Below, in pieces: positions 10,678-22,805 of a stretch of 64,000 nt of DNA. Below the pieces are notes generated by a model. The model was not told where the DNA came from, did not search any database, and saw only the letters and a list, made by a program, of their open reading frames with translations. The stretch comes from Gemmatimonadota bacterium. Its GTDB lineage: Bacteria; JBHIER01; G020348925. The stretch spans positions 1,382,469 through 1,446,468 of the forward strand of contig CP070758.1 in NCBI GenBank assembly GCA_020348925.1. The letters run 5' to 3'. A program made the position numbers and the translations under genes. Numbering within the stretch: the first letter of the stretch is position 1; each line of letters opens with the position of its first letter.

Positions 10678-13600
10678 ATGAAGAAGAATCGTCGCACAGT
10701 TCTCTTTGTTGCACTGACGTCCCTCGTTCTCCTTGCCGGATTGGATGCGACAGCCGTTGTTGTCACCGTTCCGGATACGACCCTGCGGACAGGCACATCA
10801 TTTTTGCTCCCCATTCGAGTGGATCAACTCTCGGACAGAGGTATCATCGCCTATCAGTTTCGGCTGGAGTTTGACGCCGACGTGCTCAGGATGGTGGGGG
10901 TGGAGAGGGAGGGGTGCTTGGGGAATCAGTGGGGTGAACCGACTGCGAATATGAGCATACCAGGGACCATTATCGTGGTTCAATACGGTATTGCTCCCCT
11001 TTCAGGAAGCGGCGATCTCATCAAACTGGAGTGTGACGTCATCGGGAATCCCCGCGATACGACGCAGCTGTCCTTCGATTCGTTCGTCTTCAATGACGGC
11101 GAGCCTCAGGCCGAGATGACAGATCCCGTGGCCATCTTCACCGTGACCTCCACGGGGGTACCCATTCTGGCTGTCTCTCCGGATACCATTGACTTCGGCG
11201 CATTGGATACCTTGAGATCCTTCTCCGTTGCGAACGAAGGCGTCGGAGACTTGAACTGGAATGTTCTTGAGGATCCTGATATACCCTGGATTGTGACCGT
11301 TGACCCCTTGTCCGGAGCTTCTGACGATACGGTGACGGTGACTGTCTCCCGCGAGGGCATGAGTTTCGGATTTTATTCAGGGCTTCTGACGGTTCAATCC
11401 GATGGTGGGCGAAGGGGGGTTGTTGTGAAAATGACCGTTCCTCAAGAATTTTTCATAGTGTCCGTCACCGTTCCCGATACGTCCCAGTACACGAGCCGGT
11501 GGGTGGAGCTTCCTATCATGCTTGATGATGTCACGGACATGGAAATTATTGCCTATCAATTTGCCCTCCGCTATGATGCGGATGTGGTGAATATTGTCGG
11601 GGCCACGACGCACAATTCTTTAAGCGCAGGCTGGGGGGATGCGGAGGTGAATACCGATACCACCGGTCAAATCGGCGTGGCGCATTATGGGGCGACACCT
11701 CTCTCCGGCGAAGGGACCCTCATCTCCCTTATCTGCTATGCCGTGGGCAATCCTGGTGATGCCACGGCTCTCAGTTTCGATCGATTTCTGTTCAACGACG
11801 GATACCCCCACGCGGAATGGACGACACCTGCGGCCACCTTTTCGGTCGACACGGCGGATGTGCCCCTCATTTTTCTATCGCCCTCAGTCCTCGACTTCGG
11901 GACGACGCAGACCGTGAACGCGTTCAACATCCGCAATGTCGGTACCGACACCCTGAAGTGGGCTGTTTCCGAGGATCCTGAGGTGGAGTGGATCACTTCC
12001 GTTTCGCCACGCTCCGGTGTGGGGGAAGGGACTGTTACTGTCGCGGTCAGCCGTATCGGCCTGGCGCCGGGTCTGTACTCGGGGAAGGTCTCGGTCACAT
12101 CGAACGGCGGCGACGGAAGCATCACCGTGGCCCTGTCAGCGCCTGATGGGGGTCGACGCGTCCGTCTGTCGTTGCCGGACACCAGCGGAGCGGTCGCCAG
12201 TGAGCTCATAATTCCTGTCAGGGTCAATGATGTGTCCACTTTCGGCATTGTCGAATTTGAGTTAACACTCCTCTATGATGACGGCGTCTTGGAGGTTCTC
12301 GAGGCCCTCTCGGGGATGACGCTGAGTGCTGTCTGGGGACCACCCACATGGGACAGTCCCGCACCCGGTCACGTTCGCGTTGTCCATCAAGGACAACCGC
12401 CCTTGACCGGGAGCGGAACAATCGTTGGTTTCAGAATACGGGCCATTGGAGATCCTGAGAATACCAGTGAGTTGCGTTTTTCGAACGTGCTCATGAACGG
12501 GGACGCCGGTGTTTCCCAGTACAATACGCCGGCCGGCCTGTTCACGGTAGAACGTCCCGATTACCCTGTCCTTTCCGCAACACCGCTTTCCCTCGATTTT
12601 GGATCCGAGGCCACGACGAGGAATTTTTCCATTCGGAATGTCGGATCAGGCACACTTCGCTGGTCCATCTTCGAAAGCCCGGAAAAGAATTGGATCGTTT
12701 CAATATTTCCCACGGACGGCCAGAATCAAAGAACTGTGACGGTCATTATCGATCGAGCATATCTCTACCCTGACGTCTATACCGGGACATTGCACATCGC
12801 ATCGAACGGGGGGAATCAGAACATCAGCGTGCGGATGGAGGTTGTGGCGAGCGATACACTTCCACCCTATTTGGCCTTCAGCAGTCCGCAACATCATGCC
12901 GTCGGTATGGCCCGAAACATGCCCGTCTTCGTCATCATTGACGATGAGGACTCCAGCGTGCTTCCGAGCAGTGTGGGCGTTACGGTGGATTCGGATACCA
13001 TTGTGTCAGAGGGTGAGGATCGTACGGCCGGGGCTGTTCGATTCGTACCAAGGAACCGGGGAATAAGTCTTGTGTATACTCCCCTGACGCTGTTTGACGA
13101 GAACTCTGAGGTGGTGATCTCTCTGACTGCCGAGGACACAGCGCTTCCTTCTCGTGTGTATGAGGGATCCTTTTCCTTTACAACCGGCTCCGCGACGGTG
13201 GAAGTTATTGCGGAGGCACTGTTGGCGTCCGAGGGTGGGACCGTGGATGATCCGGACGGTGTGTTCGTCACTTTACCCCCGGGTGTTCTCGCGGATAGTC
13301 TGACGGTTCTCGTAGGCACGGTGACGGCCCCACCGCAGCTCCCGGACTCACTGCTCTCCGTCGGCAGGACCTCTTTCTTCGGACCCGAGGGTCTGACCTT
13401 TTGCCCCTTACCCGGAGTAGGGCGGCTTGTTTACACTGACGAGGATCTCGCAGAAGCCGGAATTGTTGATGCCTTGGGCCTGATGGTTTTTTCTTTCAAC
13501 TCTGAAAGCGGAGGGTGGGAAGAACGGCAGATTTTAAGCAATGATACCAACAGCGGGACCATCCTCTTTCAGATCTGTCGACTCGGGTATGTCACCCTGG

Positions 13601-13959
13601 CCATCGCCCAGACGACCTCGGTTCAGGACGAGCGGAGGGATGAACGGATTCCCCTCACGTACCGTTTCATGTCCTGCCAACCCAACCCTTTCAACCCAAC
13701 AACGTCCCTTCCTTTCCATATTCCTGACGTCCGTTTCCCTGTGGAGGTCACCCTTCGCATCTACAATGTACTCGGTGAGGAGATCCGTACTCTTATTCGG
13801 CAGCGACTTCCCGGAGGCCGGTACACAGCGATCTGGGATGGATGCGACGGGAAGGGTAGGGATGTGCCCAGCGGAGTCTATTTTTGCAGGATGTCGGTGC
13901 AAGATGAACAGGGTTTCGAGGTCTTCGTCCAGACACAGAAAATGCTCTTCTTGAAATAA
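10678..13959 (+). CDS. Secreted scaffoldin-like protein: 3x (cohesin-like + BACON-like), Ig-like and ZU5-like domains, FlgD-Ig/T9SS-like C-terminal domain
   Basis: Signal peptide MKKNRRTVLFVAL... Three modules 'PDT...(L/I)P(I/V)...I(IA/VE)(YQF/FEL)...(F/Y)D.xV...PL(S/T)G.G' alternate with 'SP..LDFG...F.(I/V).N.G...L.W...W' BACON-like modules. C-terminal PNPFNP...KMLFLK. Confidence 0.85.
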   Translation: MKKNRRTVLFVALTSLVLLAGLDATAVVVTVPDTTLRTGTSFLLPIRVDQLSDRGIIAYQFRLEFDADVLRMVGVEREGCLGNQWGEPTANMSIPGTIIVVQYGIAPLSGSGDLIKLECDVIGNPRDTTQLSFDSFVFNDGEPQAEMTDPVAIFTVTSTGVPILAVSPDTIDFGALDTLRSFSVANEGVGDLNWNVLEDPDIPWIVTVDPLSGASDDTVTVTVSREGMSFGFYSGLLTVQSDGGRRGVVVKMTVPQEFFIVSVTVPDTSQYTSRWVELPIMLDDVTDMEIIAYQFALRYDADVVNIVGATTHNSLSAGWGDAEVNTDTTGQIGVAHYGATPLSGEGTLISLICYAVGNPGDATALSFDRFLFNDGYPHAEWTTPAATFSVDTADVPLIFLSPSVLDFGTTQTVNAFNIRNVGTDTLKWAVSEDPEVEWITSVSPRSGVGEGTVTVAVSRIGLAPGLYSGKVSVTSNGGDGSITVALSAPDGGRRVRLSLPDTSGAVASELIIPVRVNDVSTFGIVEFELTLLYDDGVLEVLEALSGMTLSAVWGPPTWDSPAPGHVRVVHQGQPPLTGSGTIVGFRIRAIGDPENTSELRFSNVLMNGDAGVSQYNTPAGLFTVERPDYPVLSATPLSLDFGSEATTRNFSIRNVGSGTLRWSIFESPEKNWIVSIFPTDGQNQRTVTVIIDRAYLYPDVYTGTLHIASNGGNQNISVRMEVVASDTLPPYLAFSSPQHHAVGMARNMPVFVIIDDEDSSVLPSSVGVTVDSDTIVSEGEDRTAGAVRFVPRNRGISLVYTPLTLFDENSEVVISLTAEDTALPSRVYEGSFSFTTGSATVEVIAEALLASEGGTVDDPDGVFVTLPPGVLADSLTVLVGTVTAPPQLPDSLLSVGRTSFFGPEGLTFCPLPGVGRLVYTDEDLAEAGIVDALGLMVFSFNSESGGWEERQILSNDTNSGTILFQICRLGYVTLAIAQTTSVQDERRDERIPLTYRFMSCQPNPFNPTTSLPFHIPDVRFPVEVTLRIYNVLGEEIRTLIRQRLPGGRYTAIWDGCDGKGRDVPSGVYFCRMSVQDEQGFEVFVQTQKMLFLK

Positions 13960-14116
13960 ATCCAAGATTGACACATGCGGTTCGACCTCTCGTGAATGCG
14001 GAGACAGACACTCCTGTTTCGAAAGACGTGCGGTCCACGGTCAGCCGAAACCTCTCGTGCCAGAAAGAGAGTTTGGCTCCTGAGAGCCGCGTGCCATAAG
14101 AGGTCGCGATGGTGGC

Positions 14117-14215
14117 GTGAGATGGCTTCGCCCTCCGCTTCGTTTCGATCTCGCAATGACAGGTTCAGGGCGCGAGAGTGCTTCACCCGGACCGAGCTCG
14201 GTCTCGCAGTGGTAG
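14117..14215 (+). repeat. Degenerate REP-like palindromic elements (GAGATxGCTTC...CTCGCAATGAC family); related half-sites at about 4819-4863
   Basis: GAGATGGCTTCG...CTCGCAATGACAGG followed by a second degenerate copy ending CTCGCAGTGG. CTCGCAATGACAGG and TTCGCAGTGACAGG also occur near 4819-4863. Confidence 0.5.
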
Positions 14216-14289
14216 GCAGGGGCGTGGGATTGCCCGGCCCGGGTCACGTCCGGAGGTTCAATGACAGACAGAGAAAGGAGGTGTATGCG

Positions 14290-14604
14290 ATGGAGAGAAC
14301 AACGATTTGCAAGGGGTTCGCCACTCTCATGGTCTTCGCCGTAGGGTTGACCGCTCTTGTTCTCCTCTCGGTGGGAAATCGTACCGCAGCTCAGCCGGGA
14401 CAACCGGATTTCGATGAAGAATTTATGAGGATGATGCACCCCGTGGAGTTGGCCCGTCAATTCGTCACGGATGACAAACTGCCTCAGCAGATCGCCGAGT
14501 TTAAGTGGAAGTTATATCGAGAGTATCAGGCCAAAGGTTTTACGGAGGAGCAAGCATTTCAATTGGTTCTGAGCGGCGGGATACCGTTTTCGGCTTCACA
14601 GTAA
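14290..14604 (+). CDS. Small secreted hypothetical protein
   Basis: AAAGGAGG RBS, ATG at 14290, N-terminal signal-like hydrophobic stretch, C-terminal 'GFTEEQAFQL'. Confidence 0.7.
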   Translation: MERTTICKGFATLMVFAVGLTALVLLSVGNRTAAQPGQPDFDEEFMRMMHPVELARQFVTDDKLPQQIAEFKWKLYREYQAKGFTEEQAFQLVLSGGIPFSASQ

Positions 14605-14786
14605 GACCGGCCGCACGGGATACGTGGCGTGAGGCTCGACGGCTGTGTTGAGAACAGCGGGAGCCGAGTATCTTGAGAGAGAGGGGGGCTCCAGCGAATA
14701 TGGCCGGTGAGGGTTGTGTTGTCGGGGGGTGCGGGGATCCCATCAATTTAGGAGGCCGAGGACAGATTGTGCTCGGCCTGAGATTT

Positions 14787-15881
14787 TTATACTCGGCCCG
14801 GTCTTTGATACTGCTGCAGTCTCTTTTCCACTGTCTTGTCGCAGACGTACGATCGTGCACTATCGTAATCTATTTTTCCTTCCTGGCATAACTTCAGAAG
14901 GGACTGGTCCATCGTCTGCATGCCTTCGGATGTCGACGTCTCAATTATGTGGTGCAGAGATTCCATCGTTCCAGAGCGGATGTTGTTTCTGATGGCCGCG
15001 TTGGTCTTCATCACTTCACAGGCAACACACCGCCCACGTCCGTTAATCCGCGGAAGAAGAATTTGTGAGATGACACCGACCAGATTCGAGGCGAACTGGG
15101 CACGAACCTGATTGTGCTGTTCCGCAGGAAAAATATCGATAACCCGGTTGACAGTCTCTACCACGCCGGAGGTGTGTAACGGTCCAAACACGAGATGCCC
15201 TCTCTCCGCTGAAGTGAGAGCAATCCCGATCGTCTCATAATCTCTCATTTCGCCGATAAGGATGACATCCGGGTCCTGACGCAGTGCAAATTTTAAGGCG
15301 TTCTTGAAGGAGAGCGTGTCACCGGAGAATCCCACTTCCCGTTGTGAGATATACGATTTCTTCGAGTTGTGAAGGTATTCGATGGGATCCTCGACAGTAA
15401 TGATGTGATCACATCGGGTACTGTTTATTGTATCGATTAAGGCCGCCAGCGTGGTCGATTTGCCGCTGCCGGTGGGACCGGCGACAAGGACCAAGCCTTT
15501 TCTGGCCGTGGCGAAGTCCTGAACCGAATGCGGCAGGCCCAATTCCTTCAGTTTCGGGATGTGGGTGGCCAGTGCGCGCACAGACGCGGCAACAGTTCCC
15601 CTTTGCTTGTGGATGTTGCATCGGAATCTGCCCAAACCCGAAACGCTGTACGCGAAGTCCAATTCATACCGGTCCTCTTTATCGCTTTCAAAAGTCTCTT
15701 TTTGCTCTTCAGTGAGAATACTGTAAACCAATTCTTGGGTATCAGAAGGTGTCAGTTCTTCATAGCCTGTCAGTGGTATCAGCTGGCCATCAACTCTGAC
15801 GGCAGGATGGAGCCCCGCAATGATGTGTAGGTCCGATCCGTCCATGGCGACCAATTTTTCGAGCAATTCAATAATCGTCAT
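14787..15881 (-). CDS. pilT: Type IV pilus retraction ATPase, PilT family
   Basis: GSDLHI N-terminus, Walker A GPTGSGKST, Asp box EDPIE, Walker B ILIGEMRD, AIRNNIR motif. Confidence 0.92.
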   Translation of the reverse strand: MTIIELLEKLVAMDGSDLHIIAGLHPAVRVDGQLIPLTGYEELTPSDTQELVYSILTEEQKETFESDKEDRYELDFAYSVSGLGRFRCNIHKQRGTVAASVRALATHIPKLKELGLPHSVQDFATARKGLVLVAGPTGSGKSTTLAALIDTINSTRCDHIITVEDPIEYLHNSKKSYISQREVGFSGDTLSFKNALKFALRQDPDVILIGEMRDYETIGIALTSAERGHLVFGPLHTSGVVETVNRVIDIFPAEQHNQVRAQFASNLVGVISQILLPRINGRGRCVACEVMKTNAAIRNNIRSGTMESLHHIIETSTSEGMQTMDQSLLKLCQEGKIDYDSARSYVCDKTVEKRLQQYQRPGRV

Positions 15882-16069
15882 TGTTTCTCCCCCTGATCAA
15901 GAATCCTTGTGTGTCCTTAACGTTTCATTTCTTTTTCAAAGGAAGCCGTAAACTAATAGTGAGATAACCGGGAAACAACTTCTTTTTCCGACAGCTATTC
16001 GACCGTTACTTTTTAAAGTCGGCGATTTCGCGGCACCGCGCTTTGTCTCCAAGTTGTTCCGTTCAGTTT

Positions 16070-16700
16070 TCACTCCGTCTGAAAGAGTCGGTTGACAGAG
16101 GCTGTCAGTTCTCTCGGATCGAGAGGTTTCGACAGATGCGGGACATTGTATATCTCCGTGAATTGAAGGAAATCGGAAGCGATGATGTCTCCGGCCACAA
16201 AGAGAAACTTTTGTGTTAAATCCGGTTTTTCCCCTTGGAGTGCAATAAGACGTGCGTCCCGCCTCTGCCTGGCATCTTCACGTCGGAAATCACAGCGTCG
16301 TAGGATACCTCATCGATTTTCAGGATGGTGGGGTCTCCAGGTAATGCTGTTTCAACAGAGTATCCCTCGCGCCATCGGGCGGCCACCTTCAATCCCCCTT
16401 TTCCGTGAGCTTCAAGCATGACCTGTTCGACATTTCCAAGAATATTCATGAAGACCTGCTGCAGCTGATGTTCGTCGACACAGGGATGGGGGAGGTTTTG
16501 GCTGAACTTTCGAGCCACACCGATATTGCTTACCCGCATTTCATAAGTTCTGAGGTCCAGGAGCCGACTGAGGATATCGTTGATGTGGACCCGCCTCTTC
16601 CACCGTGGTGTGTTGGCGAGCGAAGGCGAGGAAGTTCTGGACAATTTCTCGAGCGCGCTCGGCCTCGCGGTTTATGGTTTGGAGGGGTGACGTTATTTTT
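16070..16700 (-). pseudogene. Frameshifted and deleted hybrid sensor histidine kinase (HisKA tail, HATPase fragment, receiver fragment)
   Basis: Fragments lie in different frames: 'AERAREIVQNFLAFARQH' (HisKA end), 'DEHQLQQVFMNILGN' (N-box), and 'YDAVISDVKMPG' plus 'KFLFVAGD...LSKPLDPREL' (receiver). Confidence 0.75.
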
Positions 16701-16786
16701 TTGAAGATCCGAGGACATGAGTAAAAGTCGCGTATGCCCCCATAATTCGATAATCAGAAAAATCGCTTTTCATTTGTCCTCCGACG

Positions 16787-17167
16787 TTATTCTGGTGTCA
16801 CTGCGGCCATCATCAGAAGCTTGGCATACACACTTTTTTCCAGATCATCGAGATCAATAGGTTTTGTGAGGCAATCGTTCGCCCCGAGTTTGAGAGCATA
16901 CTCACCGACTTTTTCATCCTTGACCCCTGTAACCATGATGACGCCCACCTCTTTGTCGAGAGCTCGAATACGGCGCAGGACTTCAACTCCGTCGAGGCCG
17001 GGCATTTTGGTATCCAGAAGAACAATATGGGGGCGTTCGCTTTTGAAAGTGGTTAAGGCCTCGAAGCCATCGGATGCAGTCAAGACCTCATAGCCTCGCA
17101 GGTTCAGAAATTCGCTCAGCAATTCGCGCGTTTCCTGTTCATCGTCAACAACCAGAATTCTTGCCAT
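16787..17167 (-). CDS. Single-domain response regulator (CheY-like)
   Basis: RILVVDDE...LLDTKMPGLDG...MVTG...LTKP. Confidence 0.92.
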   Translation of the reverse strand: MARILVVDDEQETRELLSEFLNLRGYEVLTASDGFEALTTFKSERPHIVLLDTKMPGLDGVEVLRRIRALDKEVGVIMVTGVKDEKVGEYALKLGANDCLTKPIDLDDLEKSVYAKLLMMAAVTPE

Positions 17168-17249
17168 AGACGTCTCCTCTCCTCACACTTCCGATACATT
17201 ATGATTGATACTGTTTGAACATTTCAGAGCTTGTACTCTTCTTGTACCA

Positions 17250-17450
17250 TAAAATGGATGGACACTTAGCAGCTTTGCGGAGGTACCCCTGTGCCAATTC
17301 TGGGACATCCATATCCAGTATATCTTTGCCTTTTCCACCGTTGCCATCCGGACCGTAAACCCCTCCCGCTCCAAGAGGATCCTTACAAAAATCACACATG
17401 CTCTCATCATCAGCGTGACAGGCACCGATTTGGACGCCATATCGCAAGCT
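17250..17450 (-). pseudogene. Degenerate receiver-domain fragment
   Basis: 'ADDESMCDFCK' in one frame continues as 'ILLEREGFTVRMA' in another, i.e. the N-terminal half of a receiver domain with frameshifts. Confidence 0.5.
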
Positions 17451-17493
17451 CACGCACACCATTTCAAGAATACGTCGAATCCTGATGCGAATA

Positions 17494-18591
17494 TTAGAGG
17501 CAGAGCGATTGCTGTGAAAACGGAATTGATTCGAACACCTCCTTCACGCCCGGTCCGTTTTTTGCGCCAGGAGATCCATCGTACAGCTCAATAAAGACTT
17601 TAATCAATTGAGGATCGAATTGTTTTCCAGCGTTCACCTCCAGTTCGTCTAATGCTTTGTCCGCAGTGAGTGCGGGTCGATAGGGCCGATCCGATGTCAT
17701 CGCATCATAACTGTCAGCAACGGCCAGGATTCGAGCCCCGAGGGGTATGTCCACTCCCCTCAAACCGTGAGGATACCCGTTTCCATCATACCGTTCATGG
17801 TGATGTCGAATGTCTGCAAGAATCTCCTGCAATTCTTCGATAGGTGTCAGAATACGTTCGGATATCAGGGGGTGCTGCTTGATCTCCTCGGATTCCGCCT
17901 CCGTCAATGTCCCTGGTTTGTTGAGACAGGCTTCACGGACCCCTATCTTTCCGATGTCGTGAAGGATCCCGGCGAGTCTCAGTTTCTCCACGTCCTCATC
18001 GGAGAAACGAAGACGTTTGGCCATGAGTGAGCTCATCTCAGCCACCCGCCGGGAGTGACCCTCTGTATATTTATCCTTCGCTTCCAGGGTTTGCACCAAG
18101 GACTGTATCGTATTGAGAAAGAGAAGGCGCAGCTGCGTATTTTTCTCAACAAGTTCTGATGTTTTTTCTTGAACCTTCTCCTCGAGACGGTCATGATATT
18201 CTTTGTTTTCTATGAGCAGCTGTCTTCTCTCGAAAGCTCGCCGCACGCTTGTTTCTACGGTTTTCAAATCAAAGGGTTTCACAACGTAGTCGTAAGCACC
18301 TTGGCGCATTGCCTCAACGGCCGTTGATGTCTCAGTCAGAGCGGTAGCCATGATGACCTCAGTAAAAGGTTCCTTCTGTTTCACTTCTTGGAGAAAGCCA
18401 ATCCCGTCGAGTCCCGGCATTCGAATATCGGAAATGATGATTGGGATGTTCTTCTGATGCAGAATATTCAGAGCGCACTGAGCATTTTCCGCCTGAATAC
18501 AATCATATCCCTTGTTGTTAAGAAAATGAACCAGAAGCTCTCTGACACAGGATTCATCATCGACGATGAGGATTCTTTTCTTTTCATTCAC
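17494..18591 (-). CDS. Response regulator with HD-GYP phosphodiesterase domain (RpfG family)
   Basis: Receiver N-terminus (ILIVDDE, ISDIRMPG, KP), then GHSRRV, LHDIGK, HHERYDGNGYP and VADSYDAMTSDRPYR. GTG start after AAGGAG. Confidence 0.92.
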   Translation of the reverse strand: MNEKKRILIVDDESCVRELLVHFLNNKGYDCIQAENAQCALNILHQKNIPIIISDIRMPGLDGIGFLQEVKQKEPFTEVIMATALTETSTAVEAMRQGAYDYVVKPFDLKTVETSVRRAFERRQLLIENKEYHDRLEEKVQEKTSELVEKNTQLRLLFLNTIQSLVQTLEAKDKYTEGHSRRVAEMSSLMAKRLRFSDEDVEKLRLAGILHDIGKIGVREACLNKPGTLTEAESEEIKQHPLISERILTPIEELQEILADIRHHHERYDGNGYPHGLRGVDIPLGARILAVADSYDAMTSDRPYRPALTADKALDELEVNAGKQFDPQLIKVFIELYDGSPGAKNGPGVKEVFESIPFSQQSLCL

Positions 18592-18681
18592 CTGGAATCT
18601 CCTTTGGTCGCTTCTCTGAATAATCACAGGACTGCAGGATGATCTGAGCAATTCTCAATCGAGCAGAGAGGTTCTTTAAAT

Positions 18682-18699
18682 TTGCAACATTCGTGCCAA
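18682..18699 (-). promoter_or_regulatory. sigma54 (-24/-12) promoter upstream of the HD-GYP gene
   Basis: The minus strand reads TTGGCACGAATGTTGCAA, matching the TGGCACG-N4-TTGC consensus. The adjacent gene is a sigma54 activator. Confidence 0.8.
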
Positions 18700-18704
18700 C
18701 AACA

Positions 18705-18737
18705 AAAAAGCCACTCAGATATTCCCTAAGTGGCTTT
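18705..18737 (-). terminator. Intrinsic terminator after the sigma54-activator gene
   Basis: Minus strand AAAGCCACT-loop-AGTGGCTTTTTT. Confidence 0.55.
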
Positions 18738-18908
18738 GGAGTAAGTTCTTTGGAGCTTACTCTCGAAGCATCGATGCCTCTCTCTCGATGCGTCGTTGTT
18801 CATTATACGTCAGAAGTTCGAAAAAAATTAAATTTTTAACTTCTAACATTTTTATGTTCAATAGGTTAAGTTTATGTTCATTTTAAGACAGGGGTCTTGC
18901 ATTATACG

Positions 18909-20261
<1,353 letters not shown>

Positions 20262-20682
20262 GTGTTGACTCCATATCGTTGTCTGCTTTGGAGTAATATG
20301 AAAATCATTATAGTATCTGAGCACCTGATCCATGAAGGATCCGTGCTCGGTCTCTTCGAAAGAACTATATAAAAAAAGAGAGGAAAAGTCAATGGAAATG
20401 TGCGCATTGTGCTCGGGCGATGGGGGGATGTTTGGAATGAACCTGCATTCTGAATATAAAAATGTGAGCAAGCGTTCGCCAAAGAGGAAAAGTAGGTAGG
20501 TATGAAATGTGGGGATAAAAAGCAGGTTTGCTTATCGTTTCGTCAATTAACCCGGCTACTAGCCTGCTCACATATTCGACTATCACATTTTCAATTTTTT
20601 CCCTTTTCGAGTCATAATATAAGGTCGTTTTCTGGGAAATGCAAGATATTTTTACAATTTTTGTCGTGATATTAAAAAAAAG

Positions 20683-21249
20683 TCATTCTGCGTCAGTTTT
20701 TCGATACTGCCTGACTCCTTCTTCGTAAAGGTTCCCGCCGTATGTATCCTGGACAACAATGGCTGGAAAGTTTTTTACCTCCAGTTTTCGAATTGCCTCG
20801 GCACCTAAATCTTCGTATGCAACGATTTCGACACTGACAACTGATTTTGCGATGAGGGCAGCCGCACCCCCCGTTGCAGCAAAATAGACCGCCTTCCATT
20901 TCTTCATCGCTTCTACGACGTTGCTCCCTCGAATTCCCTTTCCGATCATCCCCTTGAGCCCTTGTTCGAGGAGTTTGGGAGCATAGGGGTCCATCCGGCC
21001 GCTTGTGGTTGGGCCGACGGATCCGATAACTTTCCCCGGCTTGGCCGGTGTCGGACCGGCGTAGTATATAATTTGACCTTCAAAATCCAGAGGGAGCTTT
21101 TCTCCCGCATCTATGAGTTCGACCAAACGTTTGTGGGCGGCATCCCGAGCCGTGTATATGACTCCGGTTATATGAACAGCATCTCCAACTTTCAGATCGG
21201 CGACGTCTTCATGACGTAACGGGGGTGTGATTGTTTTCATTTCAGCCAT
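20683..21249 (-). CDS. Fe-S hydro-lyase beta subunit (class I fumarate hydratase / tartrate dehydratase)
   Basis: TARDAAHKRL, GPTTSGRMD, GMIGKG, EDLGAEAI. Confidence 0.92.
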   Translation of the reverse strand: MAEMKTITPPLRHEDVADLKVGDAVHITGVIYTARDAAHKRLVELIDAGEKLPLDFEGQIIYYAGPTPAKPGKVIGSVGPTTSGRMDPYAPKLLEQGLKGMIGKGIRGSNVVEAMKKWKAVYFAATGGAAALIAKSVVSVEIVAYEDLGAEAIRKLEVKNFPAIVVQDTYGGNLYEEGVRQYRKTDAE

Positions 21250-21264
21250 TCTCACCTCTTCCTT

Positions 21265-22107
21265 TTAAATCACTACGCTTTTGTGTCGAGCCACATGGCA
21301 TTGAATGTTTACTGCGGCGGGTAAACTTGCGATGTGGCATGGATACGTCTCAATTAGGACGCCCAAAGCAGTCGTTCGACCTCCCAATCCTTGGGGTCCA
21401 ATCCCCAAGGCATTTACTTTTTCCAAAAGTTCTTTTTCCATATCGGCGTAAAATGGATCGGGATGCGACGTTCCCAGTTCCCTCAACAGGGCTTTTTTGG
21501 CCAATTGAGCGCATTTGTCGAACGTGCCACCAATCCCCACACCGAGAATAATAGGAGGGCAGGGATTCGAACCAGCCAATTGAACCGTTTCAATGACGAA
21601 ATCCTTCACCCCCTCGGCGCCATCGGCTGGCTTCAGCATCTTGATTCGACTCATGTTTTCGCTGCCGCCACCCTTAGGCGCTATCGTAATTTTTATCCGA
21701 TCACCAGGAACAATATTCGTGTACAGAATGGCTGGTGTATTATCTCCAGTATTGACCCTGTTCAATGGATCCCTGACGATAGATTTTCGCAGATAGCCTT
21801 CGGTATATCCCCGTCGTACGCCCTCGTTCACCGCCGCCTCCAAACCCTCTCCGATCAACCGAACCTCTTGGCCGAGCTCTATGAAGATGACTGCAAACCC
21901 CGTGTCCTGACAGATGGGGACTTCTTCATCCGCAGCTATGCGGGCGTTCTCGATGAGTTGATCGAGAATTTCTTGGCCTAAAGGTGATTCCTCTTTATCC
22001 CGAAACGTATGAAAGGCCTGCAGGACATCCTGCCCCAACAGGGTGTTCGCCTCAATGCAGAGCCGCATAACCTCGTCTGTTATTTTTTCAGTAGGGATTT
22101 CTCTCAT
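21265..22107 (-). CDS. Fe-S hydro-lyase alpha subunit (class I fumarate hydratase / tartrate dehydratase)
   Basis: PICQDTG, KGGGSEN, NPCPP, GIGPQGLGG, CHIASLP, QCH. Confidence 0.92.
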   Translation of the reverse strand: MREIPTEKITDEVMRLCIEANTLLGQDVLQAFHTFRDKEESPLGQEILDQLIENARIAADEEVPICQDTGFAVIFIELGQEVRLIGEGLEAAVNEGVRRGYTEGYLRKSIVRDPLNRVNTGDNTPAILYTNIVPGDRIKITIAPKGGGSENMSRIKMLKPADGAEGVKDFVIETVQLAGSNPCPPIILGVGIGGTFDKCAQLAKKALLRELGTSHPDPFYADMEKELLEKVNALGIGPQGLGGRTTALGVLIETYPCHIASLPAAVNIQCHVARHKSVVI

Positions 22108-22760
22108 AATTTATGCTCCAGAACCTTAATATGTGTCTCTCTTGGGAGGTCGGCCTTCGTCAGGGAGATCTCAGAACCGGTGATCCTTTCCACGTTCTCT
22201 TTCCCTCTGAGGAAATCGTCAACCCCTGCGATGTCAAAGCCACATTTGGATGTTTTGTAATGCATCGGAATCACGATTTTCGGAGCCATCGTGTTGATAA
22301 TTTCAGTCGCTTCATTTGAATCGATGGTGTACAGACCGCCAACTGGTACAAGAACAACGTCAACATCTCCGATTTCAGCCGTCTGGTCCTCGCTCAGGGC
22401 GTGGCCTAAATCTCCAAGATGGCACAGCGTGATGTCATCGACAGTGAAAACGAAGACGGTGTTGTCTCCCCGTTGTGTGCCTTCAGACGGATCGTGAAAG
22501 GTTGAAATACCCTTGAAAGAGAAACCTCCGACTGTTCGAACTCCAGAGCCAGTGATAATCTCTGGCTGCCCCTTCAATCCTTTTGGATGATAATGGTCGG
22601 CGTGCTGATGGCTGACTGTGACAATATCGGCCTCTTCATTAATAGGTTGATATGCCAGGGCGCCGCCGTACGATCCGGCTTCGTAAGGATCGGTCAAAAT
22701 CTTTTGACCATTCTCCGAAAGAATAAGGAAGGCAGCATGTCCCAACCAGGTTATTTTCAT
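22104..22760 (-). CDS. MBL-fold metallo-hydrolase
   Basis: ITWLGHAAF, SHQHADH, HLGDLGH, PMHY. Confidence 0.9.
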   Translation of the reverse strand: MKITWLGHAAFLILSENGQKILTDPYEAGSYGGALAYQPINEEADIVTVSHQHADHYHPKGLKGQPEIITGSGVRTVGGFSFKGISTFHDPSEGTQRGDNTVFVFTVDDITLCHLGDLGHALSEDQTAEIGDVDVVLVPVGGLYTIDSNEATEIINTMAPKIVIPMHYKTSKCGFDIAGVDDFLRGKENVERITGSEISLTKADLPRETHIKVLEHKL

Positions 22761-22805
22761 GGGATTCTCCTTCGTGAACGTGCAGTAAGAATTGCCTTTT
22801 TGCGA

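Noticed and set aside
15900-16200. Possible riboswitch upstream of pilT
   Set aside because: No c-di-GMP or other riboswitch consensus is recognisable, and 16070-16215 is explained by the receiver-domain pseudogene.
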